This document shows, one piece after another, positions 1 through 9,139 of a DNA stretch of 31,322 nucleotides. The notes under the pieces were generated by a model, which made no database searches, was not told the origin of the DNA, and worked only from the letters and a program-made list of their open reading frames with translations. Source of the stretch: Acidobacteriota bacterium (lineage in GTDB: Bacteria; Acidobacteriota; Thermoanaerobaculia; Multivoradales; UBA5704); contig JBDTZG010000059.1 of the NCBI GenBank assembly GCA_040005235.1, forward strand, positions 1-31,322, read 5' to 3'. Within the stretch, counting starts at the first letter, position 1; every line of letters begins with the position of its first letter. The translations under genes were made by a program, and so were the position numbers.

Positions 1-1
1 C

Positions 2-1156
2 GCGTTGGAAGTTTTGACGGTATTCCTCCCAGGTGGTGGCGCCGATGCAGCGCAGCGTACCGTCCTGAAGGGCGGGCTTGAGTAGGTTCGAGGCGTCCAT
101 CGAGCCGCGGCCGGCAGCCCCGGCGCCGATCAGCGTGTGGATCTCGTCGATGAACAGGATCGGCCGGCGGTCGCGCGCGCCGCCGCCGGTCTTGCCCGCC
201 GCGGCGCTGGCTGGAGTCGGCGGGGTGGGCGTCGGCGCCTCGGCACCCTCGGCACTACTTTTCGCATCCTGGGTCGAGAGCGCCGCCAACGCCGCGATCA
301 CCGCTTTCAAGCGGTTCTCGAAGTCGCCGCGAAATCGCGTGCCCGCGAGCAGCGCGCCGAGGTCGAGGCGGAAGATTCGCGTCTCGGCGAATCGCGGCGG
401 GACGTCGCCTTTGGCGATCCGGAGAGCGAGCCCTTCGACCAGCGCGGTCTTGCCGACGCCCGGGTCGCCCACATAGATCGGGTTGTTCTTCCGCCGCCGC
501 TGGAGGATGTGGAGCGTCCTTTCGATCTCGCGGTCGCGGCCGATCAGCGGATCGATCGCCCCACTCTTGGCGAACGCGGTCAGCTCCTGGCAGAATGCTT
601 GGAGAGGATTGCCCGCGGGAGAGGAGGCCCCTTCCTCGTCGTCGTCCTCGCCCCCCTCGCGCTCGCCGATCGCTCCGTCGTCCGAGTCGGAGGGCCGGTC
701 CAGCCCGCCGGGGCCGGTGCCGGAAAGGCGCGAGACGCCGTGCGAGAGGTAGGAGATCACGTCGAGACGCGACACCCCCATCTCGTCGAGCAGCGAGATC
801 GCGAAGGTGTCGGGTTCGGCGAATAGAGCCACCAGCACGTCCGAACCGCGAACCTCGTCGCGGCCCGAGCCCGCTACCTGGGCGCTCGCCCGCGCCAGAG
901 CGTGGCGGACGCCGAGTCCGAGCCGGGGCTCCAGGTCCTCGTCGTCGAACCGGTCGATCTCCTCGGTCAAAAACTTCGCGAGCTGGCGCTTGAGCTCTTC
1001 GAGGTTCGCGCCTGCGTGGCGCAGCACGTCGGCCGTGCCGCGGTCGAGGGTGAGGGCGTAGAGGAGATGCTCTACCCCGGCGTATTCGTGGCCCAGCCGG
1101 GCCGCTTCGGAAAGCGCCACGGAAAGGCTGATCTGGAGCGGCTGCGAGAGGTTCAA
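2..1156 (-). CDS. clpA: ATP-dependent Clp protease ATP-binding subunit ClpA, 5' part (runs off the left window edge)
   Basis: Not in the ORF track because no stop lies in the window. Manual translation from TTG at 1156 (TTGA overlap with the clpS stop) gives [35 protein letters not shown] (Clp N domain), [18 protein letters not shown] (Walker A), GTRFRGDFE (pore loop), ILFIDEIH (Walker B) and LRCIGATT. It lies directly downstream of clpS. Confidence 0.95.
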   Translation of the reverse strand, partial: MNLSQPLQISLSVALSEAARLGHEYAGVEHLLYALTLDRGTADVLRHAGANLEELKRQLAKFLTEEIDRFDDEDLEPRLGLGVRHALARASAQVAGSGRDEVRGSDVLVALFAEPDTFAISLLDEMGVSRLDVISYLSHGVSRLSGTGPGGLDRPSDSDDGAIGEREGGEDDDEEGASSPAGNPLQAFCQELTAFAKSGAIDPLIGRDREIERTLHILQRRRKNNPIYVGDPGVGKTALVEGLALRIAKGDVPPRFAETRIFRLDLGALLAGTRFRGDFENRLKAVIAALAALSTQDAKSSAEGAEAPTPTPPTPASAAAGKTGGGARDRRPILFIDEIHTLIGAGAAGRGSMDASNLLKPALQDGTLRCIGATTWEEYRQNFQR

Positions 1157-1488
1157 GCGTCCCCCTCCGCGGCGGGTTCCAAGGTCAACAGCAGCGGCAT
1201 CCCCTCCGCGCGCGCCTCGGCGGTCCCCTCGGCGACCTTGGTCTCGGCGACCTCTTTCGGATAGACGCCCGCGACGCCGATTCCCTGATGATGAACTTCG
1301 AGCATGATTTGCGTAGCCTCGCCCGGCGGCCGGCGAAAATGGGTGACTAAAACGTGGACGACGAACTCCATGCTGGTGAAGTCGTCGTTGTGCAGCAGCA
1401 CCCTGTAACGCTTCGGCCGGGTCGTCTTCTTCCGCTTTTCGACGGCGACGCCCGATTCGCCGGTGGGGTCGGAGGTGGGGTGGGTCAT
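1153..1488 (-). CDS. clpS: ATP-dependent Clp protease adaptor ClpS
   Basis: Signature YRVLLHNDDFTSMEFVVHVL...IMLEVHHQGIGVAGVY...EVAETKV; canonical clpS-clpA order. Confidence 0.97.
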   Translation of the reverse strand: MTHPTSDPTGESGVAVEKRKKTTRPKRYRVLLHNDDFTSMEFVVHVLVTHFRRPPGEATQIMLEVHHQGIGVAGVYPKEVAETKVAEGTAEARAEGMPLLLTLEPAAEGDA

Positions 1489-1489
1489 T

Positions 1490-3043
1490 CTACTTTCCCG
1501 CCAGCTCGGCCAGCATCGCGGTGTACATCTCCAGATTCAACAGCATCCGGTCGCGGCCGATCCATTCGTGCTCGCTGTGGCCGGTGTAGACCTCGCCGGG
1601 CATTCCGGGGCCGAAGTTCACGCCGTTCGGGAGCAGGCGGGCGTGGGTGCCGCCACCGACCGAAATCGGCTTCGGGTCGGCTTGGCCGGTGTAGTGGGCG
1701 AAGATTCCGAGCAGCACCGGAATGTGCGGCGCTCCATCGACGAAGTGGGGCTCGTTGACGTCGGTCTTGAGCGCCACGGGGACGTGCGCCTTCTTGGACC
1801 AGGCTTCGACGGCTTCGAGGATCGACGTCTCGACTTCTTGCTTGCTCCGCCCGACCGGCCGGCGGAGGTTAAGCCCGGCGGTTAGCCGGCCGTTTTCCTG
1901 TTTCAGCGTTCCGAGCGAGAGCGTCGTTTTGCCCATGAACGTGTGCTCGTAGGCGAGATGGCCGAATTTCTCGGCGTAGATCCCTAAGCCCACCAGGTCG
2001 TTGAGCAGGCGGACCATCCGCGCGGCCTGGCCATCCGGCCAGGTTTCGGTTCCAAGCAGGGCGGCGAGGTGGGCGATTGCGTTCTTGCCGTCCCAGGGAG
2101 TGGAGGAGTGAGCCGAGACGCCGCTGGCGCGCACGACGAGATCGCCGTTCGGCCGCGGCTCGAAGGTGAAGCGGACATCGCCGTCGCGGCGCGCGGCGTC
2201 CATCAAGCGGGCGGTCGAGTCGTGGACAGCGCCGGAGATCGTCGCCTCGGCGTCCTCCGGCACCTGGGAGAGGAAGAAGCCGCCAGAGAAGCTCGCAAGT
2301 CGAGGACCCTTGGCCGCCTCTTCGCGCACCGGATCTAGCCCCAGTTCAATCGAGCACCAGCCCTTCTCGGCGACTACCACCGGATAGTCGGCGTCGAGGC
2401 CGACGTTCAATGCCGGCGCGGTCCAACCGGCGAGGAACGTCTGGAACGGCACCCAGTCGGACTCTTCCGTATAGGAGATGACGAGGTCGATCCGCTTGTT
2501 GGGACCGAGCCCCTTGTCCGCCAGCGCCTTCATCGCAAAGAGTGCGGTCGCGATCGGCCCTTTGTCGTCTTCCGAGCCGCGGCCGAGCAGTTTGCCCGGC
2601 TCGCTCTCGGCGTCGAGATGGAACGGGTCTTTCTTCCACTTGCTCGGATCGACCGGTTGCACGTCGCCGTGGACGATGAGGCCGAGGCGGTCCTCCGGCT
2701 TGGCGTCGGCCTTGCCGGCCGAGATCACCACCACCGCGCCGTGGTCCTCGAAGGCGAACCCCAGCTCCTTAGCCTTGGCCTGAAGATAGGCGGTCAGCTT
2801 GTGGAATTCTGGGTTCTGCGCATTCGCCAGCCCCTCGGTCTCGACCGTTCGAAACCCGACCAGCTCCCCGAGTGTCGCGATCGATGCCTCGCCGTACGTG
2901 GCCTTGGCGTACGCCGCGACCTCTACGGAACGGGGCGAAGGAGAAGGCGGCGCAGCGCTCGCGGGAGTGGCGAGCGCCAGCGCGAGCACCGTGACGAGTG
3001 TCGCCGCGGATCGAGCTCGGATCGTCACTTCGGTCACGTTCAA
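1490..3043 (-). CDS. Secreted M20 family metallo-dipeptidase (PepV/Sapep-like)
   Basis: C-terminal half of the 1490..4750 ORF. Signal-peptide-like N-terminus (ATLVTVLALALATPASA) and M20 motifs HGDVQP, GRGSEDDKGP, TEESD, SAHSS, GGGTHAR, HSEHE. Start is TTG 3043 (overlapping the upstream stop) or GTG 3037/3028. Confidence 0.88.
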   Translation of the reverse strand: MNVTEVTIRARSAATLVTVLALALATPASAAPPSPSPRSVEVAAYAKATYGEASIATLGELVGFRTVETEGLANAQNPEFHKLTAYLQAKAKELGFAFEDHGAVVVISAGKADAKPEDRLGLIVHGDVQPVDPSKWKKDPFHLDAESEPGKLLGRGSEDDKGPIATALFAMKALADKGLGPNKRIDLVISYTEESDWVPFQTFLAGWTAPALNVGLDADYPVVVAEKGWCSIELGLDPVREEAAKGPRLASFSGGFFLSQVPEDAEATISGAVHDSTARLMDAARRDGDVRFTFEPRPNGDLVVRASGVSAHSSTPWDGKNAIAHLAALLGTETWPDGQAARMVRLLNDLVGLGIYAEKFGHLAYEHTFMGKTTLSLGTLKQENGRLTAGLNLRRPVGRSKQEVETSILEAVEAWSKKAHVPVALKTDVNEPHFVDGAPHIPVLLGIFAHYTGQADPKPISVGGGTHARLLPNGVNFGPGMPGEVYTGHSEHEWIGRDRMLLNLEMYTAMLAELAGK

Positions 3044-4386
3044 TGCGCCCCGATCCAATCGAGCAGCGGACGCCAGAAGAGCGTCGGCGCGTCGTTCGCG
3101 GTGAAGATGTCGACGTGGCCGATCTCCAGGGCGCGCGCCACGGGAGGCCCCAAGCGAACGACCCGCACCGTCACGTCCGTGCTCCCGAGAAGCGTCGTCG
3201 TGTAGATCCCGTAGTCGCCGACCCCGCCGCCCGCGCCCAGGTAGAGCACAGGAACGTGGATGTCGCCGAGTTGATCGTCGAACGGTACGTCGGTCGCTTC
3301 GCAGATCGGCGCGTCGCCGTCGGCGAGCAGGCGGTTCGGTTCGAGCGGCGAGGCGCCTTCGAGGAAGTCGTACCAGTGGGCTTCGCTCGTGTAGGTGAGG
3401 CCGGTGGGAAGGCCCGCGCTGTCGAACGTGCCGCCGAGGAAATGGTAGAGCGGCACGAAAGATTGCCCGGGTGGCAGGAAGATGTAGGTTGCCGAGCCCG
3501 CGAGCAGGCCGGTCTGGCGATTGGTAAAGCCTGGCGCGATAGGGGAGGCCCCGGAGGGGTTGGTTTCGGCGAGCGAACCGATCGCCGCGAACAGCTGGCC
3601 GCTGGTGGCGGCGGTCTGGCCGGCGGCGAGGAGCGCTTCGGTCGCCTTCAGGCGCGCGCAGGCCGCGGCTTTGACCTCTGGGTCGTTCGTTTTCAGAAAG
3701 GAATCGACCACCACCGCGCCGCGCGTCTGGCGCAGGCCCGGCGGCAGCTGGCTCTCGGCGCCGAGGTAGACCAGGGCGGTCTGGGCGCCGCGGCTCCAGC
3801 CGAGCAGGTGGATCTTCCGATTCCCCTGGCCGGTCCCGAGGCGCACGCCCCGGGCGACGGCCAGGCCGATCCCCAGGTCTCGCGCGTCGGTCGCGATTCC
3901 CCAGTTCGCCAGCTCGGCGAGGTTCGGCGCGTCGGCCGGCAGCAGCGTCCAACGGAAGTCGATGCCCCAGACGTCGATCCCGTTCTGGGCGAGATAAATC
4001 GGCAGCGCGCGCGAATCCGGCACCGCGGGGGAGGCGACCGCCGACAGGAAAGCGGCGTCGAAGCCCCAGGCGTCGCCATGGGCGAGGAAGATCGCCTGCG
4101 CCGCGCGCACCGGGTGGCCTGGAGAGGTCTCCTTGACCACCCGGTGGAGACCGATCACCTCGCGCGCGCCGACGCCGACCCGCAGGCGCAGCGAGTACTC
4201 GGCGACGTTGCCATCGAGCGCGCGGCGAGAGAAGGAGCCCGGCACGACGAAAGCGTCCGCGCCGGCGATTCGGGCGGCCTGCTCGAACGCGGCGGGGGCG
4301 GCGATGGGCGGAGCGGCGAAGCTGGAGGCCGCATCGACGAATAGACAGGAGAGCGCAAGCAGGAGGAGGACCGTCGATCGTCTCAT
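3040..4386 (-). CDS. Secreted alpha/beta-fold hydrolase
   Basis: ATG 4386 gives signal peptide MRRSTVLLLLALSCLFVDAASSFA. Contains FLAHGD (oxyanion region), DVWGIDFR, nucleophile elbow LLGWSRGA and C-terminal GHVD (catalytic His). Confidence 0.82.
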   Translation of the reverse strand: MRRSTVLLLLALSCLFVDAASSFAAPPIAAPAAFEQAARIAGADAFVVPGSFSRRALDGNVAEYSLRLRVGVGAREVIGLHRVVKETSPGHPVRAAQAIFLAHGDAWGFDAAFLSAVASPAVPDSRALPIYLAQNGIDVWGIDFRWTLLPADAPNLAELANWGIATDARDLGIGLAVARGVRLGTGQGNRKIHLLGWSRGAQTALVYLGAESQLPPGLRQTRGAVVVDSFLKTNDPEVKAAACARLKATEALLAAGQTAATSGQLFAAIGSLAETNPSGASPIAPGFTNRQTGLLAGSATYIFLPPGQSFVPLYHFLGGTFDSAGLPTGLTYTSEAHWYDFLEGASPLEPNRLLADGDAPICEATDVPFDDQLGDIHVPVLYLGAGGGVGDYGIYTTTLLGSTDVTVRVVRLGPPVARALEIGHVDIFTANDAPTLFWRPLLDWIGAH

Positions 4387-4505
4387 CGGGGGAATCTCCG
4401 GATTCCGGCCGGAACGACACGTTCCGGCTTTCGAACGAAACGAAGTATATCGACCGATCGGTAGATCGGGCCGGGATGTCCGAACGCTTCGGGCACGTGG
4501 CCGGC

Positions 4506-4842
4506 GCCTCGGGAGGCTGCCTAAACTCCTCGGGAAGCTGCCCGAGCGCCTCGGAAGGCTGCCCCGACGCTTCGGGAGGCTGCCCCAGAGCCTCGGGGGG
4601 CTGCCCCGACGCTTCGGGAGGCTGCCCCAACGCTTCCGGGAGGCTGCCCCGACGCCTTGGGCGCCCTCCCCAACGGCTCGGAAAGCTGCCCCTGCGCCTG
4701 GGGAGGCTTCCCGAGCGCCTCGGGTGCCCTCCCCAACGCCTCGGGCACATTCCCCAACGCCTCGGGAGGCTGCCCGAGCCGCTCGGGATGCTCCCCCAGG
4801 CGTTCGGGCGCCCGCCTGAGGCATTCGGGATCCCTCCCCGGC
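4506..4842. repeat. Degenerate tandem array of 16 x 21-bp units (consensus about GCCTCGGGAGGCTGCCCCRAC)
   Basis: Units read directly at 4506, 4527, 4548, 4569, 4590, 4611, 4632 (22 nt, one extra C), 4654, 4675, 4696, 4717, 4738, 4759, 4780, 4801 and 4822. There are no spacers. The minus strand reads as PEALGQP heptads. Confidence 0.93.
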
Positions 4843-5369
4843 GGCGCGGGCAGGGGTCCCGACAGGTGGGGCGCCCTTCCGGGACTCACACCTGTCCTTG
4901 CCGAGCGGGTCATTAATGGACGGAGAGGGCCGGGTTCTTTTCCCACCTCCGACGCTCCCTCGTCGTTCCTCCCTCCCGGCCCTCTCCGGCTGTTCAACTT
5001 CCGGCCGCGCTAAGATCTCGACTTAGACGCCGGGGCTGCATGCCTGAATTCTGGCGCTGCGGATGATCGCGCAGAAAGGGCCTGCACAGCGCAGTCTCGA
5101 GATCGGCGGTGAGATGCGCTGTACAGGTTCTTGTACTACGTCCTTCCTCCTGAGGGGAGGGTGCTCACCCGATCGATTTTGTCGCGTTACGGCTCGCCTG
5201 TCTCGCTGTAGAGGGGTGTCGTGTCGTCAGCCAAGCCGATAGGTATTCGACCCCTGGAAAGACCCCGGATTGCTGATCCAGATTACGACGGCCCGACGTG
5301 TTTCAGGGCTGGTACTGGGACGGACGAATCGGGCTCGACTGGCGAGCCGGCCCCTCGGCCCGCTGATCG

Positions 5370-5787
5370 TCACATCTCGGCGAGGGTAGCCAGCACGCGG
5401 GCGCGAGCGGCTTCGGTCGCGGGGGTAGGGTTCTGGCTAAGGATCAGACGCAGGTGCAGACGGACAAGAAACGCCTGGCGGTTGCGTACGGCGGCGTAGC
5501 GAGCGGGATCGATGTGAGTGCCGCTGTTGCGCAGGTCGCGCGCCGCGGCGACAGTCCGACAGCTCTTCGACCAGCGCCGCGGCCGACGAGCCGTTGGGCA
5601 CCGCGAAGTCGGCGGCCACGACGGCGCGCCAGAACGCTCGGTCGTGCGGGACCGCCGATGCCACCTGTGTCGCGGGCTCGGCCGGGCCGCCCGGCGATGC
5701 GGCGCCGAGCGACAGGGCGAGGCCGCAGGCGAGACCCGCGGCCCAGCCCTGGCGCTGCCGATGGAGCGGCTCTACCAGATGCGGCAT
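5370..5787 (-). pseudogene. DUF2785-like gene remnant with a large internal deletion and frameshift
   Basis: N-terminus: signal-like segment then HDRAFWRAVVAADFAVPNGSSAAALVEELSD. At about 5553 the protein-like sequence switches frame to VAAARDLRNSGTHIDPARYAAVRNRQAFLVRLHLRLILSQNPTPATEAARARVLATLAEM* (TGA at 5370-5372). Both ends resemble DUF2785 proteins as I recall them, and the core is missing. Confidence 0.62.
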
Positions 5788-7832
5788 AAGTCTTCGGGCT
5801 TCTTCACCATCGGCTGGCCGGGCTTGCAGGCGAAGGCCTGGGCGAACTCGGGCATGTTGACCACCACGCCGTTGATCCGGTAGCGGCCGGGGGAGTGGGG
5901 ATCGGTCTTCGCGCGCAGGCGGAGATTCTCGGGCCGGTCGTTGTTGCAGACCCATTGGGCAAAGCCCACGAAGAAGCGCTGGTCGGGGGTGAGGCCCTCG
6001 ATCGGTTCGAGCTTCTTGTCTTTTGTCGCGTCCTTCCAGGCGGCGTAGGCGATGATCTCGCCGCCGAGATCGGCGACGTCCTCGCCTAGGGTGAGCTTGC
6101 TGTTGATCTTCAGGTCATCGACGATCGGGTATTGGGCGTATTGATCGACCACGCACTGGGCGCGTTTTTCGAATTCTTTGGCGTCGTCGGCGGTCCACCA
6201 GTCGCGCAGGTTGCCCTTGGCGTCGAATTGCCGCCCTTCGTCGTCGAAGCCGTGGGTCAGCTCATGGCCGATCGTGCCGCCGGTGTCGCCGTAGTTCGGC
6301 GCGTCGTCGGATTTGGCGTCGTACAGCGGCGGCAGCAGCACACCCGCGGGGAAGTTCATATCGTTCATCTGCGCGTCGTAATAGGCGTTGACCGTTGGCG
6401 CGCTCATGCCCCACTCGCCGCGATCGACCGGCTTGCCGATCTTCGCCAGATCGCGCTGCTGCTCGAAGCGGTAGGCCCGGGCGACGTTGGCGAGGTAGTC
6501 GCCGCGCTCGACGGTCAGGCTTGAGTAGTCGCGCCAGACGTCCGGATAGCCGATTTTGTTGCGCATGCCGTCGAGCTTCGCCTGCGCTTGCTTCTTGGTC
6601 TCCTCGCCCATCCAGGGGAGCGCCGCGATCCGCGCCGCCATAGCCTTTTCGATCCGCAGCGTTATGTCGAGCGTGCTCGCCTTGATCTCGGGCGAGAACG
6701 ACTTGGCGACGAACACCTGGCCGAGCGCTTCGCCGAGGTCGCGATCGACGTTGTTGACGCAGGTCTTCCAGCGCGGCGGCATCGCCTGCACTCCGCGTAG
6801 CGTCTTGCTGTAGAACTCGAAGTTCGCGGCGCGGAACGCGTCGGTCAGGTATTGCGACCGGACGTTCAGGACCTGCCAGGAGAGATAGGTCTGCCAGTCG
6901 GCGAGGCTCGCCTCCTTGATCTGGCGCTCGACCCGCTCGAAGAACTTCGGCTCGCTGACGTTCAAATCGGTGATCTTCGGCGCCCCGACTCCGGTCAAGT
7001 AAGCGTCCCACGAAAACGAAGGCGTCAGTTTCTTCAAGTCGGCTAGCTGCGTCCGGTGCCAGGTCTTGTACGGGTCGCGGCGCTCGACGCGTGAAAGCTG
7101 GGCTTCGGCGAGGGCGGTCTCGAAGCGAAGGACGGTTTTAGCTTTTGCCGCGGCGGCGGCCGGGGAATCCCCGGCGAGGCCGAAGATCCGGGCGACGTGC
7201 TTCTCGTAGGCCTCGCGGATCGACTTCGTGTGCTCGTCGGTATCCAGGTAGTAGGACCGGTCGGGGAGCCCCAGGCCGCCCGACCCGACTTCCGGCATCT
7301 CGCGATCCGCGTTGTCGGCGTCCTGAGTTGCGCCGAAGGAGAACAGCATGCGGCGGGCGAAGCCGTTCGGGTGCAGCTTGCCGAGCAGCGCCGCGATCTC
7401 CCCTTTGGATTTGAGGGCGGCCACCGCGTCGAGATCGGGCCGCACGGGAGTAAGTCCCGCCTTCTCGATGCCGGGAAGATCCATGCAGGCCGAAAAGTAA
7501 TCGCCGATCAGCCGCTCGGTGGGGGTGCGGCCGGGGGTATCTTTTGCCGCGGTTTCGAGCAGCCCCCAGAGGAAGCGCTGGTTTTCCTGGGTCACCTTGG
7601 CGTAGACGCTCCAGCTCCCCTGGTCCGAGGGGATCGGATTGCTCTTCTCCCAACCGGCGCACGAAAAAGCGTAGAAATCGACGCACGGGTCCACCGAGCG
7701 ATCCATCGCGGCGAGGCTCAAGGAGGGCGAGTAAGGTAGAGCGGTGAGCGGCGTCTCGGTTTCGGCGCGGGCCGCGGAGAGCGCGGTGTTCGCGAGGAGC
7801 GCGGCCAGGAGAACGGCGAAAGCATGTTTCAT
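5772..7832 (-). CDS. Secreted M13 family zinc metallo-endopeptidase (neprilysin/PepO-like)
   Basis: Signal peptide; DPCVDFYAFSC, GLGLPDRSYY, VNAYY, HELTHGFDD (HExxH), GEDVADLGG, DPHSP, CRIW end. Confidence 0.96.
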   Translation of the reverse strand: MKHAFAVLLAALLANTALSAARAETETPLTALPYSPSLSLAAMDRSVDPCVDFYAFSCAGWEKSNPIPSDQGSWSVYAKVTQENQRFLWGLLETAAKDTPGRTPTERLIGDYFSACMDLPGIEKAGLTPVRPDLDAVAALKSKGEIAALLGKLHPNGFARRMLFSFGATQDADNADREMPEVGSGGLGLPDRSYYLDTDEHTKSIREAYEKHVARIFGLAGDSPAAAAAKAKTVLRFETALAEAQLSRVERRDPYKTWHRTQLADLKKLTPSFSWDAYLTGVGAPKITDLNVSEPKFFERVERQIKEASLADWQTYLSWQVLNVRSQYLTDAFRAANFEFYSKTLRGVQAMPPRWKTCVNNVDRDLGEALGQVFVAKSFSPEIKASTLDITLRIEKAMAARIAALPWMGEETKKQAQAKLDGMRNKIGYPDVWRDYSSLTVERGDYLANVARAYRFEQQRDLAKIGKPVDRGEWGMSAPTVNAYYDAQMNDMNFPAGVLLPPLYDAKSDDAPNYGDTGGTIGHELTHGFDDEGRQFDAKGNLRDWWTADDAKEFEKRAQCVVDQYAQYPIVDDLKINSKLTLGEDVADLGGEIIAYAAWKDATKDKKLEPIEGLTPDQRFFVGFAQWVCNNDRPENLRLRAKTDPHSPGRYRINGVVVNMPEFAQAFACKPGQPMVKKPEDLCRIW

Positions 7833-7879
7833 CGGGAGCTCCAGGGTGCAGGAAGGGCGTTGGACATAAAGAGCCAGTC

Positions 7880-7909
7880 TACGAATACGGATCGGGGCGC
7901 GAAAGGTTC
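7880..7909 (-). promoter_or_regulatory. Putative ECF-sigma-type promoter upstream of the M13 peptidase
   Basis: The minus strand reads GAACC-TTTCGCGCCCCGATC-CGTA-TTCGTA, i.e. GAACC-N15-CGTA, about 50 nt upstream of the ATG. Confidence 0.38.
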
Positions 7910-7925
7910 GGCGCCGGCAAAGCCT

Positions 7926-8792
7926 TCACAACGCCTGAGTGAGAGGTATGCCCACTACTAGGATTGCAACTCCTGCCCACTGCCAGGGGGCGACCCGCTC
8001 GCGCAGGAAGATCGCGGCCAGCAGGACGGTGATCGCGGAAAACATCGAAGTCAGCACCGTGGTCAGCGTCACGTCGCCCAGGGAGAGGCCCCAGGTAGAG
8101 GCGAGAAACGCTCCGGTGTCGAGCAGCCCGATCACCGAGAGAAGCGCCCAGATCCGGCGGGGCGGCAGGTCGAGGCGCCGGCCCAGCGGGGCGGCGAGCA
8201 GGGCGAGGACGAACGGCGCCACCAAGCGGAAGATCCAGACCGGCACGATCGGTCCGAACGCGGGGGTGATCCGGAAGCCGAGCAGCCAGAACAGCATGCC
8301 GAAGGTGGCCGAGCCGGCGAGCGCCCAGGCGACCCCCGGCGGCAGGCGGCGCCAGGATCGGCTCTCTCCCTCCGGTGCCGGGCCGGTCGAAGCGAGGACG
8401 ACGCCGAACAGGACGACGGCGAGGGCGATCGTCTTACCGGTTCCCAACCGCTCGCCGGAGAGATAGGCCAGCGCCCCGGTGAGCGCGCCATAGCTCGCGG
8501 CGATCGGCGAGACGAGGGTGAGCAGGCCGATCTCGAACGAGCGGAACAGGGCGAAGGAGGCGAAGATGTTGAGCACGCAGCCGAGCGCCATCCAACCCCA
8601 GGCGGTTGGGCCGAGCAGGGCGAGAGCGCCGAGCTTGCCGGTCGCGATCAGATAGACGGAGATCCCGGCGAGCCCCAGGAACTGGAAGTAGAACAGGCTG
8701 CGAAAGGCGCCGATCTCGCGGGTAACGAAGCGCGAGAGGAAATCGCCCACTCCCCAGCCGAGCGCCGCGGTGAGTCCCGGTAGGGCGTTCAA
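7926..8792 (-). CDS. EamA/DMT family transporter
   Basis: About 10 hydrophobic segments in two repeats; AALGWGVGDF, LVSPIAASY...GERL and FLRERV...QWAGV motifs. TTG start preceded by GGAGG. Confidence 0.92.
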   Translation of the reverse strand: MNALPGLTAALGWGVGDFLSRFVTREIGAFRSLFYFQFLGLAGISVYLIATGKLGALALLGPTAWGWMALGCVLNIFASFALFRSFEIGLLTLVSPIAASYGALTGALAYLSGERLGTGKTIALAVVLFGVVLASTGPAPEGESRSWRRLPPGVAWALAGSATFGMLFWLLGFRITPAFGPIVPVWIFRLVAPFVLALLAAPLGRRLDLPPRRIWALLSVIGLLDTGAFLASTWGLSLGDVTLTTVLTSMFSAITVLLAAIFLRERVAPWQWAGVAILVVGIPLTQAL

Positions 8793-9139
8793 GCGGAACC
8801 TCCGCGAAAGTAGGGAGAACGGGCAGGTTGGAGCCGGGGCATAGGCCGCAGATCCTACCGCGTTGCGGATCGAAGGCCGAAGTTGCCCTCTGTTTCTTGG
8901 AGCCTCACGATGGCTCGGCTGGACGACTTCGAGCGTAAAGCGTTGCTCGGCACCGCGCTTCGCTCCGAGCTGATGCCGTATTCCGGCCTCGCCTACCTAC
9001 GGCCGGGGCGTTCTGCTCTACCTCCGGAACCACGCTGCCCTACGCGCCCTCGACCCCATCTCAGGATCAGCCAACGATTAAGAAGGCCTCAAGGCGGCGA
9101 CCAGGTCGGACCAATTGTCTTACACTTGGGCTCCTACGT

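Noticed and set aside
78-1264. Several + strand ORFs over the first 1.2 kb
   Set aside because: Antisense shadows of clpA and clpS.
1490-4750. 1086-aa ORF as one protein
   Set aside because: The N-terminal ~570 codons are the repeat array plus an Arg/Gly-rich off-frame read of the hydrolase gene. The real M20 peptidase starts at about 3043 with its own signal peptide.
4387-4824. N-terminal extension of the hydrolase ORF through the repeat
   Set aside because: A clear signal peptide begins at ATG 4386; the extension is translated repeat DNA.
4506-4842. CRISPR array
   Set aside because: The units are contiguous and degenerate with no unique spacers, and no cas genes are in the window.
5025-5300. 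tmRNA, tRNA or known riboswitch
   Set aside because: A GGGGCTG start and a TTCGA string are present, but I could not build a cloverleaf, tag reading frame or known aptamer consensus.
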